Source of the DNA: Vicinamibacterales bacterium
Lineage (GTDB): Bacteria; Acidobacteriota; Vicinamibacteria; Vicinamibacterales; UBA2999
Direction: 5' to 3'
NCBI GenBank assembly: GCA_036005125.1
Contig: DASYQV010000020.1
Coordinates: forward strand, 8,492 to 72,491
Length of the DNA stretch: 64,000 bases
The notes below the pieces were generated by a model that was not told the origin of the DNA, searched no databases, and saw only the letters and a program-made list of their open reading frames with translations. Below, in pieces: positions 28,517 through 38,925 of the stretch. A program made the translations under genes and the position numbers. The stretch's first letter is position 1. Each line of letters begins with the position of its first letter.

Positions 28517-28554
28517 TCGGGAATGTCACTCTCCTTCGGGAATGTCACTCTCCT
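28517..28554. repeat. perfect 19-bp tandem duplication across the tatC stop codon
   Basis: tcgggaatgtcactctcct occurs at 28517-28535 and again at 28536-28554. Confidence 0.9.
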
Positions 28555-29371
28555 CAACGGCCCTCTTCCTCCCGAAGGCCCAAGCGAGTCCGATGCTGAG
28601 AATATAGAGGAGGATGACCGGCCCGCCCATCGCGAGCATCCCGACGCCGCCGCCGTCGGGTGAGAGCACGGCCGCTGCGATGGTGATGAGCAGCACCGCG
28701 TACTTGAAGTTGCGGATCATGAACCGCGGGGTCACCATGCCCATCCGGGCGAGGAACAGTACCAGCGTCGGAAGCTGGAACGTGATGCCCAGCGCGAGGA
28801 TCAGCCTGAGGTACATGGAGAACGCCGGCTCCACGCGCGGCATGAACGTGAGGATGTCCGTCGTGAAGCCGACGAAGAATCTCCACGTGATCGGAAACAC
28901 CACGTAGTGCGAGAAGGCGGCGCCGAGAACGAAGAAGACCGAGGACATCGCCACGAACGGAATGGCCAGTTTTTTCTCGTGCACAAAAAGTCCCGGCGCG
29001 ACAAACAGCCATACCTGCGCGAAGACGAGCGGCGATGCGATGATCAGTCCCGAGATCAGCGCGATCTTGATCATCAGCATGAACGCTTCAGAAGGGTCGG
29101 TATACACGAGCGTTCCACCCGGCGGCAGCAGCTGCTGCATCGGCCGCATGATGAAGTCGAAGATGTTGTAGACGAAGAAGAGCGCGATCAGGAACCCGAC
29201 GAGCACCGAGACAAGGGCCCAGATGATCCGCCGGCGAAGCTCGTCGAGGTGCTCCAGAAACGACATCCGGCCACCAGCTTCGAGCTCGCCATCCTCGGCT
29301 TCACGGCGGTCTAGATCGTCATCGTCCTCTTTTCGATCGGACCCTGGCGTGGGGAACGGGACGAGCGCCAT
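28526..29371 (-). CDS. tatC: twin-arginine translocase subunit TatC
   Basis: 281 aa with 6 TM segments and a conserved SFLEHLDELRRR N-terminal motif. Confidence 0.9.
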   Translation of the reverse strand: MALVPFPTPGSDRKEDDDDLDRREAEDGELEAGGRMSFLEHLDELRRRIIWALVSVLVGFLIALFFVYNIFDFIMRPMQQLLPPGGTLVYTDPSEAFMLMIKIALISGLIIASPLVFAQVWLFVAPGLFVHEKKLAIPFVAMSSVFFVLGAAFSHYVVFPITWRFFVGFTTDILTFMPRVEPAFSMYLRLILALGITFQLPTLVLFLARMGMVTPRFMIRNFKYAVLLITIAAAVLSPDGGGVGMLAMGGPVILLYILSIGLAWAFGRKRAVEESDIPEGE

Positions 29372-29380
29372 TGCGGCGGA

Positions 29381-29677
29381 TCAGGCCCCGGTTCCGTGGG
29401 TCCGGCCTACGGGCGTCGGCTCCGCGACGGGAGGCGGCGGGGTCGGTGACGGGGTCGGTGACGGGGGCGTCGCGGCGGCGGGTGTGGCGCGCTCGCGCTG
29501 CTCCTCGATTCGGATCTCTTCTTCGAGCGTCGAACGAAGCTCGTTGGATGCCCGCTTGAACTCGCCAATGCTCTTGCCCAGCGAACGGCCCAGCTCGGGC
29601 AGCTTGCGCGGCCCGAAAATGATCAACGCGATCACCAGGATGATGATCAGCTCCGGCATCCCGATGGAACCAAACAT
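29381..29677 (-). CDS. tatA: twin-arginine translocase subunit TatA/E
   Basis: MFGSIGMPELIIILVIALIIFGPRKLPELGRSLGKSIGEFKRA followed by a Pro-rich tail. Confidence 0.87.
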   Translation of the reverse strand: MFGSIGMPELIIILVIALIIFGPRKLPELGRSLGKSIGEFKRASNELRSTLEEEIRIEEQRERATPAAATPPSPTPSPTPPPPVAEPTPVGRTHGTGA

Positions 29678-29873
29678 AAGTCGTGCTCCAGCCGGCCCCG
29701 GGCCGGCATTGACGTCTGAACGGTGAATCGCCGCAAGTCGTTCATCGGATTATAGAAAGCCCTTCCGGGCGGGTCAAGGCAGCGTTCGTCGAGCCCCGCG
29801 GGCGGCCGCCGGCCGCGGTCCCGGCCGCGAAGTCTCTGTCGCACCTCGGGTTATTTCCTGTTAGAGTCGGACT

Positions 29874-31508
29874 ATGCGCAGCTATCGGTCTATTTCTGCC
29901 GTCGTGTTCGCGGTCATTTTTTGCGCCGTCGCCGGGGGGGTCTTCGGGCGGAGCGCTCTTGCGCTCCAGGACCAGGTTCCCGAGCAGTACAAGGTCTTCA
30001 CGGCTGCGCTGAGCGCGATCGACGCCAATTATGTTGGCTCGGTCGAGTCGGATCGGCTGGTGTACAGCGCCATCACCGGCATGCTTCAGACGTTGGACCC
30101 TCATTCGAGCTTCATGGATCCGCGCACCTACGCGCAGATGCGGGAAAGACAAGAAGGACGGTATTACGGGCTCGGCATCACGATCGCGGTCGTCGATGGC
30201 GAAATCACCGTGCTCTCGCTGTTCGAGGGATCGCCCGCCTATCAGAAGGGCGTGCGCCGCGGTGACGTGATTGCCAAGATTGGTGACGAGGACACCAAGG
30301 GCTGGACGAGCGACCAGGCGGTGCGGAAGCTGCGCGGCCCGAAGGGAACGCCTGTTGACATCTCGTTGAGGCGCGGCGGTTACGAGAAGCTGATCCCCCT
30401 GCAGGTGACGCGGGACGAAATCCACATTCCAACCATTCCTGCCGCGTTCATGATCGACAACACGACCGGTTATGTGCGCCTGCAGGACTTCGCCGAGAAC
30501 ACCGACCAGGAGCTCGGGACCTCGCTGCGCGATCTCTCCAGCAAGGGTATGCAGCGCCTGCTGCTCGACCTGCGCAACAATCCGGGCGGACCGCTCGATC
30601 AGGCGATTCGCGTCTCGAATCGCTTCCTGCCGCGTGGTGATCTAATCGTGTACACGCGCGGCCGTGTGCCGAATTCCGATCAGGACTATCGCGCGACCGA
30701 ACACAGCGACTATCTCAGGCTGCCAATGGTCGTGGTCGTGAACCGGAACAGCGCGAGCGCGTCCGAGATCGTCACGGGCGCGCTGCAGGATCACGACCGG
30801 GCGCTGGTGGTCGGCGAGACGACGTTCGGCAAGGCACTCGTGCAGTCGGTTTATCGTGTGAGCCAGGGCGCAGGCGTCGCGGTGACGACGGCGAGGTACT
30901 ACACGCCGAGCGGCCGGTTGATCCAGCGGCCGTGGGATGGCAGCTTCGACGAGTACCTCACCTATACGTTGCGAGATCAGGAGCCCGACAAGCGTACGCG
31001 TTCCTCGGCAGACCTCAAGCTCACCGACGCCGGCCGCAAGGTGTACGGTGGCGGTGGCGTCGAGCCCGATCAGCGATTTGACGGGCCGATCGATGGCTTC
31101 AATCCGACGCGCTTCGGCCGCATGATCTACAACCGGAACCTCCCGGACAGCTTCGCGCAGCGCTTTTCGCGAAGGGGCGACACCCGCATCGCGCCGAGCA
31201 CCAGTGGCACGGCCCGCCCGCTCGGTACCGACTTTGTCGTCGATGACGCGATGATGAAGGAGTTCAAGGAGTTCCTGCAGAAGCTGCGCGTGAAGATCGA
31301 TGAAGCGGCGTGGCAGAAAGACCAGGAGTTCCTGCGCGCGATCGTTCGCTACGAGATCGATCTGGATCTGTTCGGCGTCGCTCAGGCGCGACGGAACCTG
31401 TCGCAGCACGATCCGCAGCTGCAGTTCGCGCTCCAGCAGTTTCCCGAAGCCGAGAAGCTGGCCGCGTTGAGCCGGAACAAGATGACGAACCGGGGAGACC
31501 GCAGGTAG
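29874..31508 (+). CDS. carboxy-terminal processing (S41) peptidase
   Basis: Signal/TM segment, a PDZ domain (GLGITIAVVDGEITV...) and an S41 catalytic region NRNSASASEI...TFGKALVQ. Confidence 0.88.
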   Translation: MRSYRSISAVVFAVIFCAVAGGVFGRSALALQDQVPEQYKVFTAALSAIDANYVGSVESDRLVYSAITGMLQTLDPHSSFMDPRTYAQMRERQEGRYYGLGITIAVVDGEITVLSLFEGSPAYQKGVRRGDVIAKIGDEDTKGWTSDQAVRKLRGPKGTPVDISLRRGGYEKLIPLQVTRDEIHIPTIPAAFMIDNTTGYVRLQDFAENTDQELGTSLRDLSSKGMQRLLLDLRNNPGGPLDQAIRVSNRFLPRGDLIVYTRGRVPNSDQDYRATEHSDYLRLPMVVVVNRNSASASEIVTGALQDHDRALVVGETTFGKALVQSVYRVSQGAGVAVTTARYYTPSGRLIQRPWDGSFDEYLTYTLRDQEPDKRTRSSADLKLTDAGRKVYGGGGVEPDQRFDGPIDGFNPTRFGRMIYNRNLPDSFAQRFSRRGDTRIAPSTSGTARPLGTDFVVDDAMMKEFKEFLQKLRVKIDEAAWQKDQEFLRAIVRYEIDLDLFGVAQARRNLSQHDPQLQFALQQFPEAEKLAALSRNKMTNRGDRR

Positions 31509-31592
31509 TCGATTCTCGATTCTTGATTCTTGATTCATGATTGGGTGGTCGATTCCGGAATCAAGAATCAACAATCATGAATCAAGAATGAG
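31508..31592. repeat. word-hairpin (word GATTCTT / AAGAATC)
   Basis: gtcgattctcgattcttgattcttgattcatgattgg - loop - gaatcaagaatcaacaatcatgaatcaagaatgag. Confidence 0.85.
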
Positions 31593-31821
31593 TAACACCA
31601 TCCCTCCGTTGGGGTCCCAGCCCCAAAATATTGTGGTGTCACTTTAGTCTTGCCCCAATGGCTTGGCGTTGTTAGACTGAGCGGCGGTTTCACGCAGCGT
31701 CGACGAGCCGGCTGTTCCCAGCAGCACGTCGTTGACGGCTGACAGTTCTCGACTTCCAGCCGGGGGTGGAGAACGCAGGTCTTTCACATACTCGCCACCG
31801 CAACCGCGACCGAGGATCGGA

Positions 31822-34800
31822 ATGCGTCTCGAACGCCTCGAAATCTCCGGTTTCAAATCGTTCTCCGACCGCGCCGAGCTCGCGTTCGACCAGGGCGTCA
31901 CTGCCATCGTCGGGCCGAACGGGTGCGGCAAGAGCAACCTCGCCGATGCGATCACGTGGGTGCTCGGAGAGCAGAGCGCCAAGAGCCTGCGCGGCGACAG
32001 GATGGAGGACGTGATCTTCAACGGCAGCGACGGTCGGAGGGCCGGCGCCACCGCCGAAGTCCGCCTGCGCTTGTCCGGCCTCGCCGCGCCGTCGAAAGCC
32101 GCGAGCGAGGCGCTCGGCGCATCCGACGCGCGTAGTCTGGTGCCGTTCGCGCCGGCCGATGGCAACGGCAACGGCCATCATCCTGACGCCGATCCGCACG
32201 GCAACGGGAACGGTCATCGCGACGGCCGTCTCTCGGAGGTGATCGAGGCGCTTACACGAGACGTCGAGGTCACGCGGCGTCTCTACCGGTCCGGCGAAAG
32301 TGAATACCTGATCGACGGAGAGGTGTGCCGGCTGAGGGATGTTCACGAGCTGCTGATGGACACGGGCCTCGGCGCCAAGGCCTACGCGATCATCGAGCAG
32401 GGGAAGATCGGCATGATTCTCAGCTCCCGACCTGCCGATCGGCGGCAGCTCGTCGAGGAGGCCGCGGGGATCACGAAATACCGGTCGCGTCGCCGGGCGG
32501 CCGAGCTGAAGCTCGAGGCGGCGCAGCAGAACCTGGTTCGCATCGACGACATCGTCTTCGAGGTCGAAAAGCAGCGGGGCGCACTGAAGCGGCAGGCGGC
32601 GAAGGCGCGGCGTTACAAACGGCTGCACGACGAGTGGCGCCGCTGGGAGAAAGTTCTCTTTGCACGGCGTTATCGCGAGCTCGCTGCGAGCATCGAGGCC
32701 GCACGCGCGCGTCTCGCCGAGGCGCGGCAGCGCGAAGCCGCGGCGGCAGCCGGACTCGCCGCCGCCGAAGCGGCGCTTGCCCGGCTGCGGATCGAGCAGG
32801 CGGAGGCCGACAACCGCGCGGCCGCCGAGCGTGAAGATGCGCACGGTCGCGAGCTCGATATCAACCGGCGTCAGCAGCAGCTCGAATTCAACCGGCAGCA
32901 CGCTGAAACGCTGGCTGCGCGCGCCGAGAACATCGAGGCTGAACTCCGGGATCTGGGTGCTCGCCGGGCGCCGGCGCGCCTTCTGATCGAGTCGCGCCAG
33001 CGCGCTGCGGCCGAGGCGGAGCGCGCGCGCGACCAGGCGGCGGCCCTGCTGGCCGAGGCCAACGAGGCGTACAGCGCGGCGCAGCGTCAGATCGAGGGGC
33101 TGGATGCGGACGTGGAAGCCGCTCGAAGCGAGGTCTTCGCCGTGATCAACACGGCCACCGCCCTGCGGCACGCAATGGACCACGCCGCCGCGCAGAAGGA
33201 GCGTGTCGGCGAGACGCTCTCGAAGCTCGATGTCGAGCTGGCTGACGTACGCGTCGAGACGGAGAGGGTCGAAGGGGAGCGCGTGGCGGCGGCGGGTGCC
33301 CTGTCGTGCGCCCAGCGAGCGCTCGAGGCGGTCCAGGTCGATCGTGCCGCGCGTGAGTCGGAGCTGGTACGCGCGCGCGCCGAGCACGAGGCGCGTGTAC
33401 GCGGCGTTCGCTCGCGCGAGCAGGAGCTCGCCGGACTCGGTGCGCGGCTGGCGTCGCTCGAAGAGCTCGAGGCGAGCCGCGCTGGATTCGGCGACGCGGC
33501 GCGGATGGTGCTGATGGGAGCCAACGGCCAGGTGGGCCAGCGTGGCGCCGTGGCCGATTACCTCGAGGTCGAGAGCCGCTATGAGCGAGCCGCGGAAGCG
33601 TGCCTCGGCGACCTGCTGGAACACGTCATTGTCGATGACCACGGCCACGCCGCAGCGGGGCTCGCGCTCGTGCGGGAACACGACGCGGGTCGTTGCGGCT
33701 TCGTCGTCATCGAGGGGTTGTCCGACGACGGGAATCACCCGCCGAACGTGATTCGTATGCCGGGCGTGGTGCCGTTATATGACGTCGTGCGTCTGTCCGG
33801 ACCCTACGCCTCGACCCTTCAGAAGGTGCTGCCCGAGGCATACATCGTGGACAACTTCGAACGGGCCGTCGGCGTGGCGCGCGAGACGTCGGCATTCGTC
33901 GCCACGCTCGAGGGCGACGTCTTTCGAGGTCCACACCAGCTCGCGGGCGGCGCAAAGGCCGAAGCGCGTGGGATTCTGCAGACCAAGCGCGAGATCAAGG
34001 AGCTCCGTGAGCGCGCGGCGCGCGGGCGCGAGACGCTCGCCCGGCTCATTGACGAGACTTCTGCCCTCGAGCTCCGCATCGCGCAGTCGATCGAGGCGAT
34101 CGCGACGCTGACATCCGAGCAGCATCGTCAGGAAAAAGCGATGGTCGGTCATGAGGCGCAGCTCGCGCGAAGCGCTGAAGACGCCGTTCGTCTCGGCCGG
34201 AAAACCGGGATCATCGCGCTCGAGCGGCGTCGCGCGGAGGAAGAGCGGACGGCGCTTGAAGCCCGATGTGCGGAGGTCGAGGTTTCCATCGAGCAGTTGG
34301 CGGAGGCGCAGCGCCTGGCTGACATGCAGCTGACAGGGGCTCAGCGGCGTCTTTATCAGGCCAGGGAGACCGTTGACGGACTGGGCCAGCGGGCCGCCGA
34401 GGCGCGCGCCACGTACGCCGGGCTGGTGGAACGGGCGGCGGCGCTCGCTGCCGAGGTCGCGCGACTCGAGGAGGGATCCCGTGAGCTCGAGGAGCGGGTG
34501 GCCGCGAAAGCATCGGAGCTCGGGCAGATTCGCGACCGCCGCGCGGGACTGCTGGACGCCGTTGTCGAAGCCGGACGTATGCTGGACCAGGACGTGCTCG
34601 CGCTCGAAGGGCTCCGCGAGAACCTGAGGGCAGCCGATGCCCATGCCGCGACGATGCGGGAGCGGGTGGACGCGCAGGATGCATTGATCCGGGACGCGCG
34701 ACGCCGGCTCGAGGACGTGCGCGCACAGGCAGCCGACCTGGAAGTCGCCCGCGCAACCGAGGAAAGCGATCTATCCCACCTCGCGCAGCGGTGCGTCGAC

Positions 34801-35631
34801 GCGGTCCAGTGCCCGCTGGACGAGGTGCTGGCTGACGTCGCGCACATGGAGCAGTCCGGCGACTCCGTCCGGGAGGTCGAGGTGATCGCCGCCGAGGAGG
34901 CAGATCCGGAAGGATACGGCGAGCCCGCAGAGGCTTCCGGTGGTGCAGAGGCTGTGGCGGGCTCGCCGGCCGAAACGTCCTCGTCACCCACGACCCCTGA
35001 AGAGGCGATTGCGCAACTCAAAGCGAAGATCGATCGCCTTGGCCCCGTCAACATGATGGCCATCGAGCAGTTCGACGAGCTCGAGACGCGCCACGCGTTT
35101 CTGACGACACAGCGGAAGGACCTGGTCGACTCGATCGCGCACACCACCGAGGTGATCACGCGGATCGACGAAACGACCAGGGCGCGCTTCCGTGAGGCGT
35201 TCACGGCCATTCAGTACAATTTCCAGAAGACGTTCACGACGCTGTTCGGCGGTGGACGTGCCGGGCTGACGCTGCTCGACGAGAACGATCCGCTCGAGAG
35301 CGGCATCGACATCGTCGCCTCGCCGCCCGGGAAACGGCTGCAGAACGTGCAGCTGTTGTCGGGTGGCGAGAAGGCGTTAACGGCAATCGCGCTCATGTTC
35401 GCGATCTTCGAGTACAAGCCGAGCCCCTTCTGTGTGCTCGACGAAATCGACGCGCCGCTCGATGACGCCAACGTCGGCCGGTTCGTGGAGATGCTGCGCG
35501 GCATGCTCGGCCGGACGCAGTTCATCCTGATTACGCACAATCGCCGAACGATGGAGATTGCGAACCGGCTCTACGGGGTCACGATGGAAGAGCCGGGTGT
35601 CTCCAAACTCATTTCGGTGCGGCTGAACTAA
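31822..35631 (+). CDS. smc: chromosome partition protein Smc
   Basis: The ATG at 31822 gives MRLERLEISGFKSF. Features are Walker A GPNGCGKSN, long coiled coils, a hinge, the signature LSGGEKALTAIAL and Walker B VLDEIDAPLD. Confidence 0.93.
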   Translation: MRLERLEISGFKSFSDRAELAFDQGVTAIVGPNGCGKSNLADAITWVLGEQSAKSLRGDRMEDVIFNGSDGRRAGATAEVRLRLSGLAAPSKAASEALGASDARSLVPFAPADGNGNGHHPDADPHGNGNGHRDGRLSEVIEALTRDVEVTRRLYRSGESEYLIDGEVCRLRDVHELLMDTGLGAKAYAIIEQGKIGMILSSRPADRRQLVEEAAGITKYRSRRRAAELKLEAAQQNLVRIDDIVFEVEKQRGALKRQAAKARRYKRLHDEWRRWEKVLFARRYRELAASIEAARARLAEARQREAAAAAGLAAAEAALARLRIEQAEADNRAAAEREDAHGRELDINRRQQQLEFNRQHAETLAARAENIEAELRDLGARRAPARLLIESRQRAAAEAERARDQAAALLAEANEAYSAAQRQIEGLDADVEAARSEVFAVINTATALRHAMDHAAAQKERVGETLSKLDVELADVRVETERVEGERVAAAGALSCAQRALEAVQVDRAARESELVRARAEHEARVRGVRSREQELAGLGARLASLEELEASRAGFGDAARMVLMGANGQVGQRGAVADYLEVESRYERAAEACLGDLLEHVIVDDHGHAAAGLALVREHDAGRCGFVVIEGLSDDGNHPPNVIRMPGVVPLYDVVRLSGPYASTLQKVLPEAYIVDNFERAVGVARETSAFVATLEGDVFRGPHQLAGGAKAEARGILQTKREIKELRERAARGRETLARLIDETSALELRIAQSIEAIATLTSEQHRQEKAMVGHEAQLARSAEDAVRLGRKTGIIALERRRAEEERTALEARCAEVEVSIEQLAEAQRLADMQLTGAQRRLYQARETVDGLGQRAAEARATYAGLVERAAALAAEVARLEEGSRELEERVAAKASELGQIRDRRAGLLDAVVEAGRMLDQDVLALEGLRENLRAADAHAATMRERVDAQDALIRDARRRLEDVRAQAADLEVARATEESDLSHLAQRCVDAVQCPLDEVLADVAHMEQSGDSVREVEVIAAEEADPEGYGEPAEASGGAEAVAGSPAETSSSPTTPEEAIAQLKAKIDRLGPVNMMAIEQFDELETRHAFLTTQRKDLVDSIAHTTEVITRIDETTRARFREAFTAIQYNFQKTFTTLFGGGRAGLTLLDENDPLESGIDIVASPPGKRLQNVQLLSGGEKALTAIALMFAIFEYKPSPFCVLDEIDAPLDDANVGRFVEMLRGMLGRTQFILITHNRRTMEIANRLYGVTMEEPGVSKLISVRLN

Positions 35632-35755
35632 GGCTAGGGCTCGGGACTTGGGGCTCGGGGCTCGAGTCGTGAGTCTCAAGTCTGCTCGCGAAGCCGCTCG
35701 ATCGAATGCATGAGAATCGGGACCCGAGCCTCGAGCCCCGAGTTCCGGGCCTGAG
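35632..35755. repeat. word-hairpin (word GCTCGGG)
   Basis: ggctagggctcgggacttggggctcggggctcgag ... cgggacccgagcctcgagccccgagttccgggcctgag. Confidence 0.8.
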
Positions 35756-35810
35756 ACCACTGAACTTTCTCTTCTTCCGTCCGTAAAATCACCTGTTGGA
35801 GGATTCTCCG

Positions 35811-36632
35811 ATGAGCCACCCGCAGGTCCGCCGGGTATCGCACGCCGCCGTGTGTGCGTTGTTCCTTGGAGTCATCGCCGCAGGATGTGACATCTCCGTC
35901 GGTGACGGCGGGTTCTCGCTCGGGCTGGCCACCGGCAAGGCGACCGACGAGTGGACGCGCACTTATACAATTGCCCCCGGCGGGAGCTTCCAGATCGAGA
36001 ACGACAATGGCGTCGTCGAGGCGTCACCTGCCGATGGAACCAATGTCGAAGTCAGGGCCGAGCGGATCGTGAAGGCCTCGAGCGACGAGGCTGCGCAGGA
36101 GCTCCTCAAGAGCCTGGAGCTGCGCGAAGAGATCTCGCCGACGCGGGTGCGGATCGTCACCACACGGCCGGGCCGTCGGTCCAGCCACGAAGTGCGATAT
36201 CACGTAAAGGTGCCGAAAGGGATCGCCGTCCAGTTCGAAACCGTCAATGGTGGCGTGAGGCTTCACGACCTCGCGGGTCAAGTGACGGCATCCACGACCA
36301 ACGGCGGCGTCGTGGGCCGTGGTCTCTCCGGCCCGGTCAAGGCGAGGACGACCAACGGCGGGCTGCGGATCGAGATGGCGTCGTTGAGCGGCGAGGTCGA
36401 GCTGGAGACGGTCAACGGCGGCATCCGGTTGCAACTTCCCGCTGACGCCAGGGCAAATCTCGAGGCGAGCGTCACGAATGGAGGTATCGCCATGACCGAC
36501 CTTCCATTCCAGGGCGAGCAATCCCGGCGCCGGGTGTCAGGCACGGTCAACGGCGGCGGCACGCGGGTGGTTGCGGGGACCGTCAACGGCGGCATCAAGA
36601 TTTCGGCCGGATCGCGCGCCGAATCACATTGA
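35811..36632 (+). CDS. DUF4097-like beta-helical lipoprotein (putative adhesin fold)
   Basis: A GGAGG RBS precedes the ATG at 35811. There is a lipobox ...IAAGC, and repeated T/VNGG-x strands occur more than 7 times. Confidence 0.55.
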   Translation: MSHPQVRRVSHAAVCALFLGVIAAGCDISVGDGGFSLGLATGKATDEWTRTYTIAPGGSFQIENDNGVVEASPADGTNVEVRAERIVKASSDEAAQELLKSLELREEISPTRVRIVTTRPGRRSSHEVRYHVKVPKGIAVQFETVNGGVRLHDLAGQVTASTTNGGVVGRGLSGPVKARTTNGGLRIEMASLSGEVELETVNGGIRLQLPADARANLEASVTNGGIAMTDLPFQGEQSRRRVSGTVNGGGTRVVAGTVNGGIKISAGSRAESH

Positions 36633-36698
36633 ACGAGCGCGCGTCGCGCGGACTCGCGAACCGACCCGCCGTATGGCTTGTGCGGCCCAGGCGACATT

Positions 36699-36766
36699 CG
36701 CCGGGTCTGAAGACCCGGCTACGTACGTCCGTTTTGGTACGTAGGCCGCATCTTCAGATGCGGCGC
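36699..36766. repeat. REP doublet in heads-inward arrangement
   Basis: GCCGGGTCTGAAGACCCGGCTAC-gtacgtccgttttggtac-GTAGGCCGCATCTTCAGATGCGGC. Confidence 0.85.
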
Positions 36767-36803
36767 GGTGTCATCAACCGACCTCCGGAGTTAGACTCTC
36801 GGT

Positions 36804-37922
36804 GTGGCCAACGAGGACAAGGCCAGCCGTTATCATCGTCTCCGGCGCGGCGCGGGGCTCGCGGGCACGGCCCTGAGCGGCCTCTTGCTGGTAGTCCTGC
36901 TTGTGAGTGGCGGCTCAGCCGCGCTGCGCGACACCGCCAGCTCCCTCTCTCGCGGCTCCTTCACGCTCACGGTTGTTTTGTACGTTGTGTTCGTCGGTCT
37001 GCTGAGCGAGGCGGTGGGGCTGCCATTGTCGTTCTACACTGGCGTGACGCTCGAGCGCCGGTACGATCTTTCCACTCAAACGGCTCGCGCCTGGTGGTTC
37101 GATCATCTCAAGGCGGGTCTCATTGCGTTGATGTTCGGAGCGGCGGCCGCCGTCTTCGTCTGGCATCTCTTACGGTGGCGGCCGGACGACTGGTGGCTCA
37201 TCGCAGCCGTTGCATTTTCGGCGGTCACAATCGTCCTCGCGCAGCTCGCGCCGGTCGTGCTGCTGCCGATTTTCTATGAGTTCAAGCCGCTGGACCGACC
37301 GGGGCTGCGCGACCGTCTCGTAGCGCTCGCGGAGCGAGCCGGAGCGCGGGTGCTGGGCGTCTTCGAGTGGCGGCTGAGCGACCGCACGCGCAAGTCGAAC
37401 GCGGCGCTCACGGGCCTCGGGCGGACGCGTCGCATCCTGCTGTCCGACACGCTGCTGGCCGATCACTCCGACGACGAGATCGAGGTCATCCTCGCGCACG
37501 AGCTCGCGCATCACGTGTATCGCGACATGTGGACCGGGATTGCGGTTGAAACGGCGCTCATGATGCTCGGCTTCTTTCTTGCCGATCGCGTACTGTCCGC
37601 GGGCGTCGGCCATTTCGGCATAACGGGCAAGGCGGATGTCGCTGCGATGCCCCTCCTCGTGCTCGCGGGCAGCGCGGCGTCAATTGCGTCGAGCCCGCTC
37701 GCCAACGCGCTGTCACGGGCACACGAGCGGCGCGCGGATCGCTACGCGCTCGAGATGACGCGCAACGTGGCGGCCTTCGTCACCGCCATGAAGCGGCTCG
37801 GCGCGCGCAACCTGGCCGAGGAACATCCATCGAGGTTCGTCGAGCTCCTGTTCTACACGCATCCGCCTCTTGCCGCCCGAATCGAAGCGGCACAACGATG
37901 GGCACAGGCACATACGCCCTGA
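36804..37922 (+). CDS. M48 family (Ste24/HtpX-like) zinc metallopeptidase
   Basis: GTG start, multiple TM segments, and a HELAHH zinc motif with a downstream Glu. Confidence 0.8.
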   Translation: MANEDKASRYHRLRRGAGLAGTALSGLLLVVLLVSGGSAALRDTASSLSRGSFTLTVVLYVVFVGLLSEAVGLPLSFYTGVTLERRYDLSTQTARAWWFDHLKAGLIALMFGAAAAVFVWHLLRWRPDDWWLIAAVAFSAVTIVLAQLAPVVLLPIFYEFKPLDRPGLRDRLVALAERAGARVLGVFEWRLSDRTRKSNAALTGLGRTRRILLSDTLLADHSDDEIEVILAHELAHHVYRDMWTGIAVETALMMLGFFLADRVLSAGVGHFGITGKADVAAMPLLVLAGSAASIASSPLANALSRAHERRADRYALEMTRNVAAFVTAMKRLGARNLAEEHPSRFVELLFYTHPPLAARIEAAQRWAQAHTP

Positions 37923-38791
37923 TGATGGCCGCGGTACTCGTGGCCCTCCTGTCCGGTCAAGGAGCGAACATGCGAAAGACGGTGGTCGCTCACCGCGGCG
38001 CCTCTGCGTACGCGCCCGAGCATACGCTGGCGAGCTACCGCCTCGCGCTGGCGCAAGGCGCCGATTATGTGGAGCAGGACCTGGCAATCACCAGGGACGG
38101 CGTGCTGATCTGTCTGCACGATGAGACACTCGAACGGACGACCGACGTCGAGCGCGTCTTTCCGGACCGCCGGCCGTGGCTGGCGAACGATTTCACGCTG
38201 GCCGAGATCAAACGGCTCGACGCTGGCTCGTGGTTCGACCCGAAGTTCTCGAGCGAACGGATTCCGACCTTTCAGGAGGCGATCGACCTGGTCAAAGGGA
38301 AAGCGGGCATCTATCCCGAGCTGAAGGCGCCCGAGCTGTACGCCGGCCGGCACATCGACTTCGAAAACATGGTCGCCGAGATCCTCACGAGGAACGGACT
38401 CGTGGGCGTCAACGCGGAGCCGAACACGCCGGTCATCCTCCAGACATTCAGCGAGTCGAGCCTGAAGAAGCTCGCGACGCTCAAGCTCGGACTGCCTGTG
38501 GTGCTGCTGCTCGAGGCGCGCGACGCGGACGAGTGGGGGAATCGTGAGCGGGTTGTTGCCGCCAAAACGGCCGGCGCGACTGGCCTCGGGCCTGCCAAGG
38601 CAATCATCGAGCGGCACCCGGAGCTGGTGATCTGGGCGCATGAGCTGGGTCTGACCGTCACGCCCTACACGTTCCGATCGAGCAACACCGGACGTTTCCC
38701 CTCCGTCCGCGACGAGATGGCATACTTTCTCTACGAACGGGACGTGGATGCGCTGTTCACCGACAACCCGGATCAGTTCCCTCGACGGTGA
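37922..38791 (+). CDS. glycerophosphodiester phosphodiesterase
   Basis: The ATG at 37922 (TGATG overlap) gives a signal peptide [12 protein letters not shown]. An alternative ATG lies at 37898. GDPD motifs are [12 protein letters not shown] and EQDL...DGVLICLHD. Confidence 0.85.
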   Translation: MMAAVLVALLSGQGANMRKTVVAHRGASAYAPEHTLASYRLALAQGADYVEQDLAITRDGVLICLHDETLERTTDVERVFPDRRPWLANDFTLAEIKRLDAGSWFDPKFSSERIPTFQEAIDLVKGKAGIYPELKAPELYAGRHIDFENMVAEILTRNGLVGVNAEPNTPVILQTFSESSLKKLATLKLGLPVVLLLEARDADEWGNRERVVAAKTAGATGLGPAKAIIERHPELVIWAHELGLTVTPYTFRSSNTGRFPSVRDEMAYFLYERDVDALFTDNPDQFPRR

Positions 38792-38792
38792 T

Positions 38793-38905
38793 GGGGTCAG
38801 ACCGAGGTCAGAACGGGGTCAGAACGGGGTCAGAACGGGGTCTGACCCTGGTGATGAGTCGACTCAAGGCATTGAGTCGAGTCGACTGAGGGTTTGAGTC
38901 GATCG
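38793..38905. repeat. tandem 11-mer array (GGGGTCAGAAC) plus GAGTCGA palindromic words
   Basis: ggggtcagaccgaggtcagaacggggtcagaacggggtcagaacggggtctgaccc, then tgagtcgactcaaggcattgagtcgagtcgactgagggtttgagtcgatcg. Confidence 0.85.
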
Positions 38906-38925
38906 CATCGGCCGATCCGTCTTAC

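Noticed and set aside
38793-38850. Possible CRISPR arrays, considered because of regularly spaced short repeats here and at 46485-46575.
   Set aside because: The repeats are directly adjacent (11-mer and 30-mer tandem units) with no unique spacers. There are only 3-4 units and no cas genes in the window.
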